64,000 nucleotides of DNA, taken from Octopus vulgaris. Taxonomy: Eukaryota. Positions 1-13,513 of this stretch are shown piece after piece (position 1 is the first letter of the stretch; each line of letters opens with the position of its first letter). The notes below the pieces were generated by a model. It was not told the origin of the DNA. It did no database searches and was given only the letters and a program-made list of their open reading frames with translations. The stretch spans positions 22,692,001-22,756,000 of the forward strand of contig OX597819.1 in the NCBI GenBank assembly GCA_951406725.2, read 5' to 3'. Both the position numbers and the translations under genes were made by a program.

Positions 1-546
1 TTTAACGACTACATCAGAGTCCTTCTTTTTCTCTCTCTTTCGTCTTTCTCTTTCTTCTTTCTCTTTTTTCTTTTACATCGTAACACGTATCAATACAATT
101 AAATACTTTAATTCCTAATTGAATAGCCAGTGTCCCATATTGTAGTTTCTCTCTCTCAGTGCTGCTAGCTCCAACTTGCCAAGCTCTCGCATCCCAACCG
201 CTTGCCCTGACTTCCAAAATCCGACTGCCCTTATGACTACTCTCAATCTGACTCTTAGCCTTATACTCTCTCTATCCCGCCTGGTCCTATGTCCCTATCT
301 TTATCGGCGCTGCCGCTGTCATCCTCTCTATCTGCTCTCAGATTCCTTACTCTATCTTTCTCACTACTTTCCTCTTCCTCTTCTTCGAGGGGTGTCTAGA
401 ACGACCTCCAATCGACCGCACAAGGCCAAAGGTCCCCCCAAAAGCCACTACTCTTCCAGTAAACAAAGGGCTGTCGCTTTTTACTCAAGACCTGCCGGCG
501 CCACTCCCACAAAGTGGGTCAAGAAATACTGCACTAGCCAAACCAT

Positions 547-601
<55 letters not shown>

Positions 602-778
602 ATAAAGGGTTAAATGCAACAAGTTGCTCAAAACCACATACCGAAAATATTAGAAATAGCAGCCAAAATCGGTCAGTATTTCCTCTACTAGTAAAAAGTC
701 TCCACAAACAAACAGAATTTGTAAGCTGTATATGGCAAAAAAAGGCAGAAAAATAACGAAAACCCAGCCTCTGGATTA

Positions 779-836
779 ATTATAGCCGACTCGTTTCTGG
801 ATTAGAACCGAAGGTTCATTTCCTTGTCAATATAAT
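779..836 (-). ncRNA. Type I hammerhead ribozyme motif, U3-A8 core variant, cleavage site mutated (GC instead of UC)
   Basis: Minus strand: ATTATA-TTGACAA-ggaaatgaacc ttc ggttctaatcc-a-GAAA-cgagtcg-GC-TATAAT. Confidence 0.6.
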
Positions 837-1339
837 ATTTCGTATAGATCTAGAAATGCTAGGGGAAAAAACTTACCCGTTACACCAGTACGATCTGCTA
901 CATCGGAGGGCTTAACGGAACTGCTAGCATTCGTACATCTATACCGACATGCGAATTCATATTTCCCTCCAAAATCTACCACGTGAGCCACAAAAACATT
1001 ACCAACGAAACGAAAAATTCGGAGATAACTTGTAAGGGAGCAAAAGTATTCAATATTCAATAAAGGGTGGAATATAATTAATTTAATAAAATTAATCAAT
1101 TTCACCTAGTAGATTTGTCGGTATGGAAAAGACCATATTTGGTAAGGGTTATAATAATTATAATAAAGGGTTAAATGCAACAAGTTGCTCAAAACCACAT
1201 ACCGAAAATATTAGGAATAGCAGCCAAAATTGGTCAGTATTTCCTCTACTAGTAAAAAGTCTCCACAAACAAACAGAATTTGTAAGCTGTATATGGCAAA
1301 AAAAGGCAGAAAAATAACGAAAACCTAGCCTCTGGATTA

Positions 1340-1397
1340 ATTATAGACGACTCGTTTCTGGATTAGAACCGAAGGTTCATTTCCTTGTCAATATAAT
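1340..1397 (-). ncRNA. Type I hammerhead ribozyme motif, U3-A8 core variant
   Basis: Minus strand: stem I ATTATA/TATAAT, core TTGACAA, stem II gga..gaacc-ttc-ggttc..tcc, extra a, GAAA, near-palindromic stem III cgagtcg, UC cleavage site. Confidence 0.75.
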
Positions 1398-1799
1398 ATT
1401 TCGTATAGATCTAGAAATGCCAGGGGAAAAAAATTACCCGTTACACCAGTACGATCTGCTACATCGGACGGCTTAACGGAACTGCTAGCATTCGTACATC
1501 TATACCGACATGCGAATTCATATTTCCCTCCAAAATCTACCACGTGAGCCACAAAAACATTACCAACGAAACGAAAAATTCGGAGATTACTTGTAAGGGA
1601 GCAAAAGTATTCAATATTCAATAAAGGGTGGAATATAATTAATTTAATAAAATTAATCAATTTCACCTAGTAGATTTGTCGGTATGGAAAATACCATATT
1701 TGGTAAGGGTTATAATAATTATAGGTGAAATTGATTAATTTTATTAAATTAATTATATTCCACCCTTTATTGAATATATATATATATATATATACATAT

Positions 1800-1955
1800 A
1801 CGACGGGCTTCTTTCAGTTTCCGTCTACCATATCCACTCTTTGGTCGGCCCGAGGCTATAGTAGAAGACACTTGCCCAAAGTGCCACGCAGTGGAACTGA
1901 ACCCGGAACCATGTGGTTGATAAGCAAGCTACTTACCACACAGTCACACCTGCGC
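1800..1955 (-). mobile_element. tRNA-derived SINE family A, head fragment
   Basis: Reverse complement of the 3646 copy (GGCGCAGG.GTG.CTGTGTGGTAAG...GGTTCAGT.CCACTG). Confidence 0.8.
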
Positions 1956-3289
1956 TTATCAAATAATTTTATTGGTGTTATCTCTCTCACTCGTTGTTTC
2001 TGCATTTATGATGCACACGGAGGGAGATTTTTTTAAACAATTGATTCGCATGATCGCACTCGATCGAAATGTCCATAATCAGCGAAATATTTGGACAGTA
2101 TAGAGTGGTTTTGGTATCACAAACACATAGGACTAAATAGGTTTTTTTATAATGCCTACTTGAATATGCCGACTAGTTCTTATAAATGTACATAAAATTA
2201 AAAATAAATTGACGTTGGAGATATTTTCAGCGGATCACAATTTGAGTTGGGTTTGATTATATAGATTCTACGTGTACCAAGAGGCAGACATATTTGAATC
2301 TAAATATTAAAAAAGAAAAACGCAAATTCATCCGTGATGGTATTTGAACTCAAAATGTAAGGTGTCTGTAAAATATTGAACCCGTCTCCATGGACTCATA
2401 CATGTAACTCCCTCTGTTTGCCACCCGATAATGTTGAATGTGATACAACTATTGAAAGACTAGGGAAATCTTATCCCAAACCACCGAGTTCCTCAGTGTG
2501 CAAAATGATTTAACATGCTGGAGAAGAAGCCTTAGTATGTTAAATGCTGCCTTTACTTTAAAAATGCAGCATATTGCCTTTAGTATACACACCAACATTC
2601 CAGATTTGTCGTTAATCATGAATATGTAAATTATTATATTTTAGTTTGGGGTGATGCTAACAAATTTGCACTAAAATAGTAGAAAATTACTATCGTTAAT
2701 GTAAAGCAAACACCATGGAGAAATATTGTGTAGTGTGAATATAGAAGCTATCACACGGTTACTGTAAAAGGTAAAACCTTATCCTCCCATGACGTCCACT
2801 ACAGCGACCAGCATAATTTGCGTCTGAAGTTGCCTTGACGTGTCAGGAATAAATACGCAAATAATCGTTTTCCGATGAAATATCCTTTCATGCATATTAC
2901 AAAACTACGCTGCAAAATTATTTCGGAAGACTAACTCAAATTTTAAACCTGACACACTGGTAATATATTCTTTTCTACTCTAGGCACAAGGCCAGAAATC
3001 TTTTGGGGAGGGGGCCAGTCGATTAGATCGACTCCAGTGCATAACTGGTACTCGACGCCTTTGTATATTGGTAATATATTCGCAAATAATACACTTAGTT
3101 GTGCTACAAACATTTTCCGTGAAAAAAGTTGGATAACTTAAGTGGAACATTTTTTCTTATTGTTTCAATGTTTCAATTTTTAAATGTATTATCTTAAAAT
3201 GTTTAAAACTGTGTTATCTTAATACATAGATAATTGTCTAAAGAAAAGTACATAAGCTATTTAACGACGACAACGTTAGGAGATTACAA

Positions 3290-3630
3290 CAGGAGTACAG
3301 ACCCCCTTCGGTCACGAATGACCATGGGATTGCCCCTAGAAAGTTCCTCTCCGAGGCATAAGTCCGGGCGAGATTGTTTATGGAAGACCAACAGTCGCCC
3401 ATGCGTACCAGTTCCTCCTCTTCACGCCACCGATGTTATCCAAAGGAAAGGCAAAGGATGATACAGCTTGGCGCCAGTGACGTAACTCATTTCTACGGAA
3501 GAATGAACTGGAGCAACGTGAAATAAAGTGTCATGTTCAAGAACACAACACACAACCCAGTCTGAGAATCATTCACTAACTCATGATTGTGAGCCCGACG
3601 TTCTAACAGCTGAGCCATGCGCCTTCGCAT
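3290..3630 (-). mobile_element. tRNA-headed SINE family D (related copy at ~55497-55815, +)
   Basis: Minus strand starts GCGAAGGCGCATGGCTCAG..GTTAG (A-box-like), then ..TTGA.CA.GACACTT..TTTC.CGTTGCTCCAGT, shared with the 55.5 kb copy. Confidence 0.65.
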
Positions 3631-3645
3631 ACACTAACATATACA

Positions 3646-3807
3646 GGCGCAGGAGTGGCTGTGTGGTAAATAGCTTGCTAACCAACCACATGGTTCCGAG
3701 TTCAGTCCCACTGTGTGGCATCTTGGGCAAGTGTCTTCTGCTATAGCCCCGGGCCGACCAATGCCTTGTGAGTGGATTTGGTAGACGGAAACTGAAAGAA
3801 GCCCGTC

Positions 3808-3864
<57 letters not shown>

Positions 3865-4097
3865 CGTGTATGTTTGTGTGTCTGTGTTTGTCTCCCTAGC
3901 ATTGCTGCATTGCTTGACAACCGATGCTGGTGTGTTTACGTCCCCGTTACTTAGCGATTCGGCAAAAGAGACCGATAGAATAAGTACTGGGCTTACAAAA
4001 GAATAAGTCCCGGGGTCGAGTTGCTCGATTAAAGGCGGTGCTCCAGCATGGTGCAGTCAAATGACTGAAACAAGTAAAAGAGTAAAGAGTAAAGAGT
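3646..4097 (+). mobile_element. Full-length tRNA-derived SINE family A with internal (TA)n(TG)n and (AAAGAGT)n tail
   Basis: A-box-like TGGCTGTGTGG and B-box-like GTTCAGTCC. Near-identical copies at 23585-24017(-) and 52672-53133(-); partial copies at 52190-52322, 57305-57430 and 62180-62465. Confidence 0.85.
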
Positions 4098-5412
4098 ATC
4101 TCTAAATCACATGTGACACTATTGTGAAACAAACAGATGTTTCCATATTTATTTACCCTATTTTCCTACCTTCATTTACATTGTGCAATTATATTTATGG
4201 GTTGCGCGTTATTTTTTACTCAATACTAAGTGAAAGAGAAATAATGAATATGTCATTCTAAATTTAAAGTCGACATTTATCCTAGAAATACAAGGTTAAA
4301 AGAATAAACAAACTCGAATTCTCGCTTCGATAACGTGTAATAATTGTATCTGCTGCACCTTAAGTCCTGCAGATTTTATCTGACATTCTACAGACCCTGC
4401 AGTCGTACGAATCCCACCAGTTATTCACAATTTTAAGGTAAGCAAAGTTACGAATTAAAAAATGCAATCTATATCTGTAATTTTTGGAGGGAAAATAAAA
4501 ATAATTATGGTACAGGATTTGCAAACATTTTGAATAACAACTTTATGGCATTTGAAGCACGGGCATATAAGATGGGCCTCAAATTCAGCAGTTTGTATAC
4601 AGGGAAAAACTTTATGTACTTTAGGCTCAACTTCACATATATTACGAGAGGTGATTGTTGGAGACAGACTGTTGGCGAAAGGCTCTTGTAATATGCCATC
4701 AAATACAATAATTTTTGATATCCCACGTAACTTTTCATTATTAAGTATACTATAATATTCTTAATGAAATTCAGTGCTATTTGAGCGATTGCTATAGATA
4801 TTTAGCTTATTTCATCCTAAATGAAGCTTGTTTTCTTCCTTTAAACGTGTGACAATCATGTTTTATTTAATTTTTGTTGTTTCCTTTTTTGTTGTTTTAC
4901 TGTGTATCTAGAACTGCAGTGCACATGTCTTTCTTGTATTATGACAATAATCCTTTCTATCAAAAGCACAAAACCTGAAATTGGGGGAGGGGATTAATCG
5001 ATTACATCAACCCTGGTGTGTCAGTGGTACTTAATTTACCAAACCCGAAAAGATGAAAGGCAAAGTCAACCTCGGCAGAATTTGAATGTATTATGACAAT
5101 AATGTGGGAATATGAAAGATATTTAGTTGATATTTCTAGCAGGTCAAGTAAATGTAGTTTCTCCTTTATCGACTTATGCTGTCTCTGTTGGTGAATGCTA
5201 TACAACTGGTCGTACTTTTAGTGTTTCATTCCTTAACCCAAATTTCTACCAGACCGAGTAGATCTTTTCACAAAGACGCACACTTCGTTCAATGTTTTTA
5301 TTGTCATACTTTTTCTAAACAGCAGCAACGTATGTGTGCATTGATTGACTGAGAAAGAGAGAAACACAGAGAGTGAGTGAGAGAGAGAGAGAGAGAGGGG
5401 GAGAGAGAGAGG

Positions 5413-5453
<41 letters not shown>

Positions 5454-5589
5454 TTGGAATATAGTCAATTGACAACATAGTGGATCCAATTGTGGTTTGT
5501 GATCTACATATTTCTCTGATATATGTAGAATTTAGTCGGAAATTTACGCGCTAATCCGTTGTAAATACTACAAAAGTTTGTGAACCACC

Positions 5590-5820
5590 AAGGTAACAAT
5601 TATTCCTGCAGTAATTAGTGCACCAGTCACAACAGCCGAAGGATTACCCGTGAGACTGAAAGAGTTTGAGATTAACACCCGTACTGTCGACCTGCAGAAA
5701 AAGACCCATCCTCCAGTCTATAAGGACATTAACAAAAACCTTTTGGAGATTTGAGGAAGATTCTGGCCAAGAAACATTAAGACAAAAATCCTGCTAATGA
5801 AATGAGCCTGTAATAGCTTT
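5590..5820 (+). mobile_element. 3' end fragment of an R4/Dong-like LINE followed by a (CAA/TAA)n tail
   Basis: Translates to IIPAVISAPVT...DLQKK...NKNLLEI*, similar to the C-termini of the other copies; runs into 5820-6025 (TAA/TTA)n. Confidence 0.5.
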
Positions 5821-5861
5821 GTAATAACAGTAACAACAAGAACAAGAACAAGAATAACAGT

Positions 5862-5897
<36 letters not shown>

Positions 5898-5935
5898 AAT
5901 AATAATAATTAAAATAATAATGATAATAATAACAA

Positions 5936-5966
<31 letters not shown>

Positions 5967-5968
5967 AG

Positions 5969-6005
<37 letters not shown>

Positions 6006-6049
6006 GTTATTATTATTGTTATTAATTCTCTTTATTACAGGTTTTTTTT

Positions 6050-7545
6050 TTGCAGCGCCTGGAGACTTGCATGCGTAGCGGGCTTAGTACATGCAGCCTA
6101 AGGTACCATGCTATTCGTTCTTTTTAGCTCTCTAATACTTTCCTAATTATTCCGGCCGTGCCAAGGAGGCAAACCTTTTGTAATAGTTCTAGTGGGCATT
6201 CTATTCCAATTTCCTTTATATTCCCCTTGATGCCTCCTGATACTGTACCCGAAGACACAACAATAATTGCCACTAAATTCACCTTCCTCATTTTCCATAG
6301 CCGGGCTATTTCGTACTTAAAAGGGTTGTATCTATTTATCTTTTCATCTTCCTTCTAGATTATTCGTGGGTCAAAGAGGCATGCAACATCAACTATATAG
6401 CATATGTGGTGCATCTTGTCCACCATCACTAGATCTGGTTTCTTATGTTCAAGCACCTGATCTGTATGGATTGCAAAATCCCAAAGGATTTTGCAAGTCT
6501 CCGACTCTGCCACTCTCAGCGATTTGCTCTCATACCACGTCTTGCCCCTCTCTAGCCTCACTTTTCGCACAGTTTCCAATTTAGCACTTTCGCTACCTAC
6601 TCATGTCGTCACAACTCGTGGTTTTGTGCACGTCTAGGGCGTTCGATCATGATATGGGCAATGGTTTCATCCACTCTATTGCAGATGTGACACAGAGGAG
6701 GCAATTGCTCATTCCTAAGGTTGACCCTCCAGTTCATGGCCAAAGTTTGGTCCCGCCCCGCCAGTATAGTGATTTCGGTCTCTTTTTTTAAGGTTCCATT
6801 CATCAGCCAATCACGCCCATTTTTTCCAGCAACTTCTGTTGCGGCTATATGGATTTGGTTGTGTAGTCCCTTTTCGCGTAATTCTTCTTCATATCCTGTG
6901 TTTTCTTCCTTTGTTTGTCCGTTTCATTTCTACCCTCAATAGTCCTTCGTACCTAACTGTCACGAGCAATGTTTCCCTACTTTGGGCTAGGTATCTCATT
7001 AAGCTCTCGAATTCGATACGTACATAGTCATCTACACTTATCAGTATTCTTCCTCCGTTTGATATCATCATGCATAGGTGATCCATGTCCGCACGTCGAT
7101 GATGGGCTCCATGCATCGTTAGGAGCTTTCTTGACTTCCTGTCCATCTCCTTAAGCTCCTCCTCTGTCTACTTCAGGATTCCAGCGCCATAAAGAACTAC
7201 TGCGAATGCGCGCAAGCTTATTGCCGAAATTATGTTTCTGGCATTCAGCTTTGAAGCCATAATTTTTCTCCCATCTCCGCAGGTAATCTCTTTTTGTCTT
7301 TTCCTTCATGTCATGGTGTTTCATTCCAATTGCCTCAAGTATTCCCAGGTATTTATAGCTGGACTGAAGCTGAATTGCCTTCATCATTTCCCCACTTGGT
7401 ACCCAAATGCCTTCTGCCCTGGCTAGCTTTCCTCCTCTCATCACCATGGTAGCACATTTTGAGAGTCGAAACTCCATCTTAATGTCATTGGAGAAACTCC
7501 GAATATACTGGGCTATGCTGTCCAGTTCTGCCTCAGATTTTGTGA
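6050..7545 (-). mobile_element. Degenerate 5'-truncated R4/Dong-like non-LTR retrotransposon (RT C-terminus, CCHC, REL endonuclease)
   Basis: ORF pieces MEFRLSKCA..YKYLGILE, MDRKSRKLLTMHGAHH, AGRDQTL..CHIC..ETIAHI, ILWDFAIHTD..KPDLVMVD; (TTA)n on both sides. Confidence 0.9.
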
Positions 7546-7613
<68 letters not shown>

Positions 7614-7792
7614 GTTTGACTTTTGCTTTATATTTGTACAAGTTAGCTCCAAGTCTCACCCAGAGACCTCAAGAGACAACAGGTTGGAAGTTCACGTTGT
7701 TGTTATGCCTAGTGTGCCATATATTTGGTGATTTTTTTGGTGTTGTACTAGTGAATGTCTAATAAAAATTTTTTTTTAAATTATTATTATTA

Positions 7793-7933
<141 letters not shown>

Positions 7934-7959
7934 TTATTATTTTCATTATCATCTTTCAA

Positions 7960-9135
7960 TTTTATTTCCCTTTCTTGTCGAGTGTCTTCCCGTCACTAAG
8001 GGCAGAGAAACGCACTGTATACATTGGTAGGCTATTAAAATAAACACACCAAATTATCCATTTACAAAGTCGTGTGATCGAGAAAAATGGGAAGAAAGAC
8101 AGAGAGAAAGAATAGAAAATTTAAAAAAATTAAAAGCAAACAAAAATAAAGAGGGAATAATGAAAGAAAATTCACAGCGACAATGCTCTTCTCAATACGA
8201 ATTAAGACAATCTTTTGCACTTCCTGTATGGATGGTAAACTAGGGATCATTCTTAAATAATTTTCAATTCCTTTTTTCATCATTCCAAGTACTCCTCCAA
8301 TCACTGGTATTGTAACCGTCTTGAGATTCCATATTTTTCGATTTCGATTAGCAAATCTTTATATTTTCTGAGCGTATCAGATTCTTTTGCCAAGATATTA
8401 TGGTCACAGAGTATGCTCATGTCAATCAATAAACAGACTGTTTTGCTTTGGTCTTTCAAAACAATATATGGCTTGTTTGCTTTGAAGGTCCGATCTGTAC
8501 ATACTGGGAAGTCCCAAAGAATAGATACATTTTCTCCCTCAAAACCAGCCTCAGTGTGGTGCCAGTACCATTTGTCAGCAGTTTTGATTTTATAATGCCG
8601 ATACATTATCCAGTGTTGATATTGGCCAACTCTGTCATGTCTTCATTTGAACTCTACAAGAGCTAAAATCTTACATCCAGAGATTAGATGATCCACTATT
8701 TCGGTACTTTGGGACTATACCATTTTTCATCACGTTGGTTTAATAGTAGTGAGCTAATAAGCTCTGATCTTGTGCAGCCAAGACAAAGCCTTCACCCTCT
8801 TGCCTTTAGCCCTGAGCTCCGTAGCCACTAATGCTTGTTTGCTACGGACCACATATTTGTCATGCAGAGGATTTTTCTCTTACCTATCAGCCAATTGTTC
8901 AAGCGCATTTTGCTTTGCTTATTGATTCCACCTTCTTTGCAACGACAGTTGCTGCACTTCCATCATGCTGTTCAACCTGGGTATTATGCATAAACACACT
9001 TGAAACTGTATTACTCTCTTTCATAACAGAATGAAGCTTCTTACGTTTTTCATGGTTTTCAAATACATTTTAGCATCCAGTCGTTAGATATTTCAAGATA
9101 TTTTGCCAGTCCAATTGTGATGGTTTTATAAGAGA
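7960..9135 (-). mobile_element. Degenerate R4/Dong-like LINE, 3' part
   Basis: ILWDFPVCTD..ANKPYIVL..CLLIDMS..KYKDLLIEI; GVLGMMKK..QEVQKIVL; ends at a (TTA/TAC)n array. Confidence 0.85.
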
Positions 9136-9509
9136 TTGTTGTTGTTGTAGTTGTTGTTGTTGTAGTAGTAGTTGTTGTAGTTGTTAGAAATGCCATTATG
9201 CAGCATGTGGAAGTGGCATTCATCGTTTCTGAACTTAACTGATTGGAACTGTTAAGATGAACATGTATATTCTTTCTCTTCATATCAAAGACGGGCTCCT
9301 TTGACCTTAACCAGCTGAGGATATCCGTTAATGGTAGACGATGTGTGTATCTCTGATCATGAGCAGATGTAGTGGGGGAACATCATAGCCATGTGTTGAG
9401 TGGAATTATTTGGTGTTTGAATAATTCACCACTGGAAACATAGGTATTTTGTTCATCATCTTCAAACAAACCTTATTCAGAGATTTTTCCAGTGGGATTG
9501 GCTACTTAC

Positions 9510-10632
9510 TTGTTGTCCACTGCAGTGCACCTATTCTGAAATGTACTCGGGCGGAGATTAACCAACTCGATGGTACTCACCGAAGGTCAATGAAAATGCA
9601 TGGTGCCCTCCACTCTAAGGCGAATGCACACAGGCTCTACTTGAGGAGGTCTAAAGGTAGACGTGGCCTTATTAGCGTACGAGAGTGCATAAACAGTGAA
9701 AGAAATATGGCAGAATATTTGGTAAACAGCAAACAAGACCTGCTATAGTACGCTACTAATGAAGGATTTAGCAAAAATGGATTTGAGAGTGCTCATGAAT
9801 TCCGATCACAAATGGCCAAAGAGAAAGAAGAAATCCTACTCCCAGTAGAATTACATGGTCAGTTCCACCGTGAAACTAACAAATTAAAATACCAAGAAGC
9901 AACCTGGAGGTGGCTCAGCAAGGATGACCTTAAAAGGAAGACTGAAAGCGTAATCATCGCTGCCCAAGACCAGATATTGAATACCAACTCAGTGAAAAGG
10001 AATATACACCACACAAGTGCAACGAACTTCTGCAGAATGTCGAAAGCGTGACTCATAATGTTTGTGCTTGTGAAAATCTTGCACAGAAAGAGTACAAGCG
10101 CAGACACAAGATTGTCCAAATCCTTGACTGGATACTATGCCGGAAGAAAGGATACGAGGTAACGAGTGCTTGATTCCAACATACACCGGAAAACGTAATG
10201 GACGCAAAGATCCTCTGAGACTTCAACTTCTTAACAGACAAGGTGTAAGAACACTGAGGGCCTGATATAGTAACCTCTACGAAGAACAAACAAGAGTGCT
10301 AAATAATCGACGTGGCAGTACCAGGGGTTCATCATATTATCATGAAAGAGACAAGATTAATAAACATGGAGACCTGAGAACTGAGAATGCCAAATGTAGC
10401 AGCTACGAGAGTCAAATATAAAATTTGTCCCTATTGTCAATACCAGGCAACTTGAAAAGATATCTGGAAACTTTAGAAATACTCTACAATCTAGGTGTAT
10501 TTCAAAATTCGGCATTACTTGGAACTGCACGCATATTGCGTAAAGTATTGTTTGTCTGACGGAACAAAGCCCCGGTAGACACAATATTTTAAATCCACAA
10601 CATCACGATACAGGATACTGTGTGAGGTCTTC
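9510..10632 (+). mobile_element. Degenerate R4/Dong-like LINE, 3' part, with (TAA)n tail
   Basis: MHGALHSKANAHRLYLRRSKGRRGL, LHGQF..WRWL..ESVIIAAQDQ..CRMS; followed by (TAA)n at 10633-10698. Confidence 0.85.
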
Positions 10633-10685
<53 letters not shown>

Positions 10686-10783
10686 TAATAATAATAATAC
10701 AGACGGGTAGTCATGACGGGTATATTGGGATTCGTATATTTTACCCCAGTGTCACTTTGATGGCATGAACTGCTCTCTCACTC

Positions 10784-10849
<66 letters not shown>

Positions 10850-10851
<2 letters not shown>

Positions 10852-11490
10852 CAATTGCAGACGAATCTTTTTCCTCCCATTAATATGGCTGATACTATCA
10901 GGAGGAATTGCAGAAGAACTGTACAAATTTCTTGCGGAGAAAGTTATATTACCGACGGAACAAAAAAGCTCTACAAGGAGATGCAGAGGTACCAAAGATG
11001 AATTATTGATAGACAAAATGGTAATGCAAGGTAGTAAATGAAGAAGAATACATTTTTCTAGACAGACAAAGTGTTAGAGAACCGAAGGCCGGATATAGTA
11101 ACCTTTAGGAGAGACAAACAAGAGTGCCTGATAATCAACGTAGCAGTGCCAGTAGATCAACATATCATCATGAAAGAAAGAGAAAACGTCAATAAATATG
11201 AAAACCGGAGAATTGAGATCGCCAAGATATGGTAAATACGAGAGTCAAACATAAAGGTTATCCCTGTTGTCTTCGGATCATTGGGTTCAATACGACCCAA
11301 ACTGAAAAAATACCTGAAAACATTAGAGGTACCCTACAATTTAGATGTATTGCATTACTTGGAACTGCGCGCATATTGCGTACAGTACTGTCTGTCTGAG
11401 GTCCTTGTTGTGACTTGACAAACAGTACAAACCTTCAGTAGAGACATCTTCACTCAACAACCTCACGATACTGTATATTGTGTGACGTCT
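10850..11490 (+). mobile_element. Internally deleted R4/Dong-like LINE (RT N-terminal piece joined to the REL C-terminus)
   Basis: LPLIWLILSG..LPTEQK...RGTKDELLIDK, followed directly by TDKVLENRRPDIV..CLIINVAVP..EKV; (TAA)n on both sides. Confidence 0.75.
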
Positions 11491-11505
11491 ATAATAATAA
11501 TAATC

Positions 11506-11628
<123 letters not shown>

Positions 11629-12635
11629 GTAATAAATCCGATTTTAGTTTTATTGGAATTTATCTCCTAATTCAATCATAGAAGTTATATAAACACATTA
11701 ATTTCTATTTTATTTGAACCTCTTACTCTGGTATGTGCTACTAAACTTGACAATATTCACCGTAGTATCGTACGACAATTGTAATTTTATTGTATGTTGC
11801 GCGTAATCAATACATAATTTATATTATTATATCCATTGCATATCCATTCTATAAGAGTTATTACGGGCTGAAGATATTGTATCATTTTGGAAATGCATTT
11901 CTTTGCACAAAGGTTTATTCAGAAAACTATGCAATGTATTCCAGTATTCTTTCTTTCAAAAAATTTTGTGGCTCGTAGAGATTATAAAATTTGATAAGCG
12001 TTTATAAGTGAGTATTGAGCATCAAGATAATCTTTGAAAAGAGAGGGCATGGCATTGATGAGGTTGTGAAAAGTGATGAAAAGACTTTGAGAAAACATAC
12101 GACCGAATGAGTATTGAATGTTAATAGTTAATGTATATTTATAAAGAGAGAAGTTCAGCTCAAGTAAAGAGGAAATGGTGAATCCTTAATGTCGTTTCTT
12201 AGTTTCTACTTGATTTAACTGTGCTATGATCGCAACAAAGAGTGTAATATCAGGGTGAGAGATGCAACAGAAACGAGAGAGAGAAACACAGAGAGAAGGA
12301 ATGAGAGAGGTGTGAAAAAGAAAGTAAGAAAGAGATAGAGAAAAGAGGAGGGAAGAGGAGAGAAAGAAAGAAGGAGAGAAAGAAGACAGGGAACGGCATC
12401 CCTGTTTGAGATTGGTACTCATTATGTTTAATAAACTTTAGAACGTGAAACCAAGTGGCTTCTTCGATTCAAAGGCGCAAACACCCTGCGCGGTCTAGAA
12501 ACAGCACTCCCGGTTTAACGATCGTAAGTCTAAGCATATTATCCACAATAATCACATTCACATTAACAAATGTTAGCACTGAAAATTATAAGATATATAA
12601 AGAGACCTTTCACAGGTTTTAAATTTTTCTTACAG

Positions 12636-12714
12636 ATGCATTTATCTCCGATACTCTTGTTTCCAGTTGTTGCCCTGACCGTGACGATTATTTTGGATAA
12701 TACTAACACAGATA
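12636..12714 (+). CDS. First coding exon (signal peptide) of a small secreted Cys-rich protein: MHLSPILLFPVVALTVTIILDNTNTD
   Basis: tttttcttacag|ATG acceptor, hydrophobic N-terminus, A|gtaagt phase-1 donor; 79 nt; joins in frame to 15621. Confidence 0.8.
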
Positions 12715-13368
12715 GTAAGTTTTCATATTCATAAATTCCTGCACGAGTATGAGGCTCTGAGATCCAAACCCCCTCTCCTCTCGACACCGTCATTATTTCA
12801 ATTTTCCAAATAATGTCGTAAATACATTTCTAAAATCTCTTTTGGAGCTCACTATCACACTTGTGTAAATTTCCATAAGTCTGAAGTCGTTTTAGAGGGT
12901 AATCTGATTTCGATCTTAAAAGGAAGTCTGTAAAATGGATTTTTAGGCCGATTCAGTAGAACTACATCGGTGTGTTGTGTGAACAGTTATTATTTCTTTA
13001 TAAGATGTAACTGCACACCAAAAGGTAATTTATGGGACACAAGAAAACATTTACAAGTAAGTCAGATAACATAACGTTGAAGGTTTCTGAAATTTAAAGA
13101 AGGACATTGTTTTACATATGCACATTGTCCTTTCTGCTGTCTTTTAGAGCTGTTACACTCACTTATAGTAATATATATCTACATATAGGCACACACTACA
13201 AATTTGTCTCGTTTTCCTTTATGTCCATAAATATCTATTATAAGTCATAAGATGATATTGAACTTTGAATTCCTAATTCATAGTCCATTAAACATATACA
13301 TACATACACACACACACATATATATACATACATATATACATTCATACATGCATACCTACATATATAAG

Positions 13369-13405
<37 letters not shown>

Positions 13406-13513
13406 GTATACACACACACATACATATATATGTGTATATATATATATACTTACATATGTATGTATATATATATATATATATGCATATATATATATGTATA
13501 TATATATGTATAT

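Larger units (their letters stand above)
597..1775 (-). mobile_element. Non-coding Penelope-like (pLTR/retrozyme-like) array: about two tandem 561-bp units plus a short inverted terminal piece, inserted in (TA)n
   Basis: 597-1157 repeats at 1158-1720 (offset 561). 1722-1775 is the reverse complement of ~1614-1667. (TA)n lies on both sides and each unit carries an HHR motif. Homologous to the 47.3-48.5 kb element (shared AATAAAGGGTG...GTAGATTT...CCACA(T/C)ACCGAA...TTAGAAATAGCAG). Confidence 0.8.

Noticed and set aside
827-1666. Repeated 92-aa ORF MKLINFIKLII...
   Set aside because: Chance AT-rich ORF with a GTG start, duplicated with the non-coding 561-bp unit; no domain recognised
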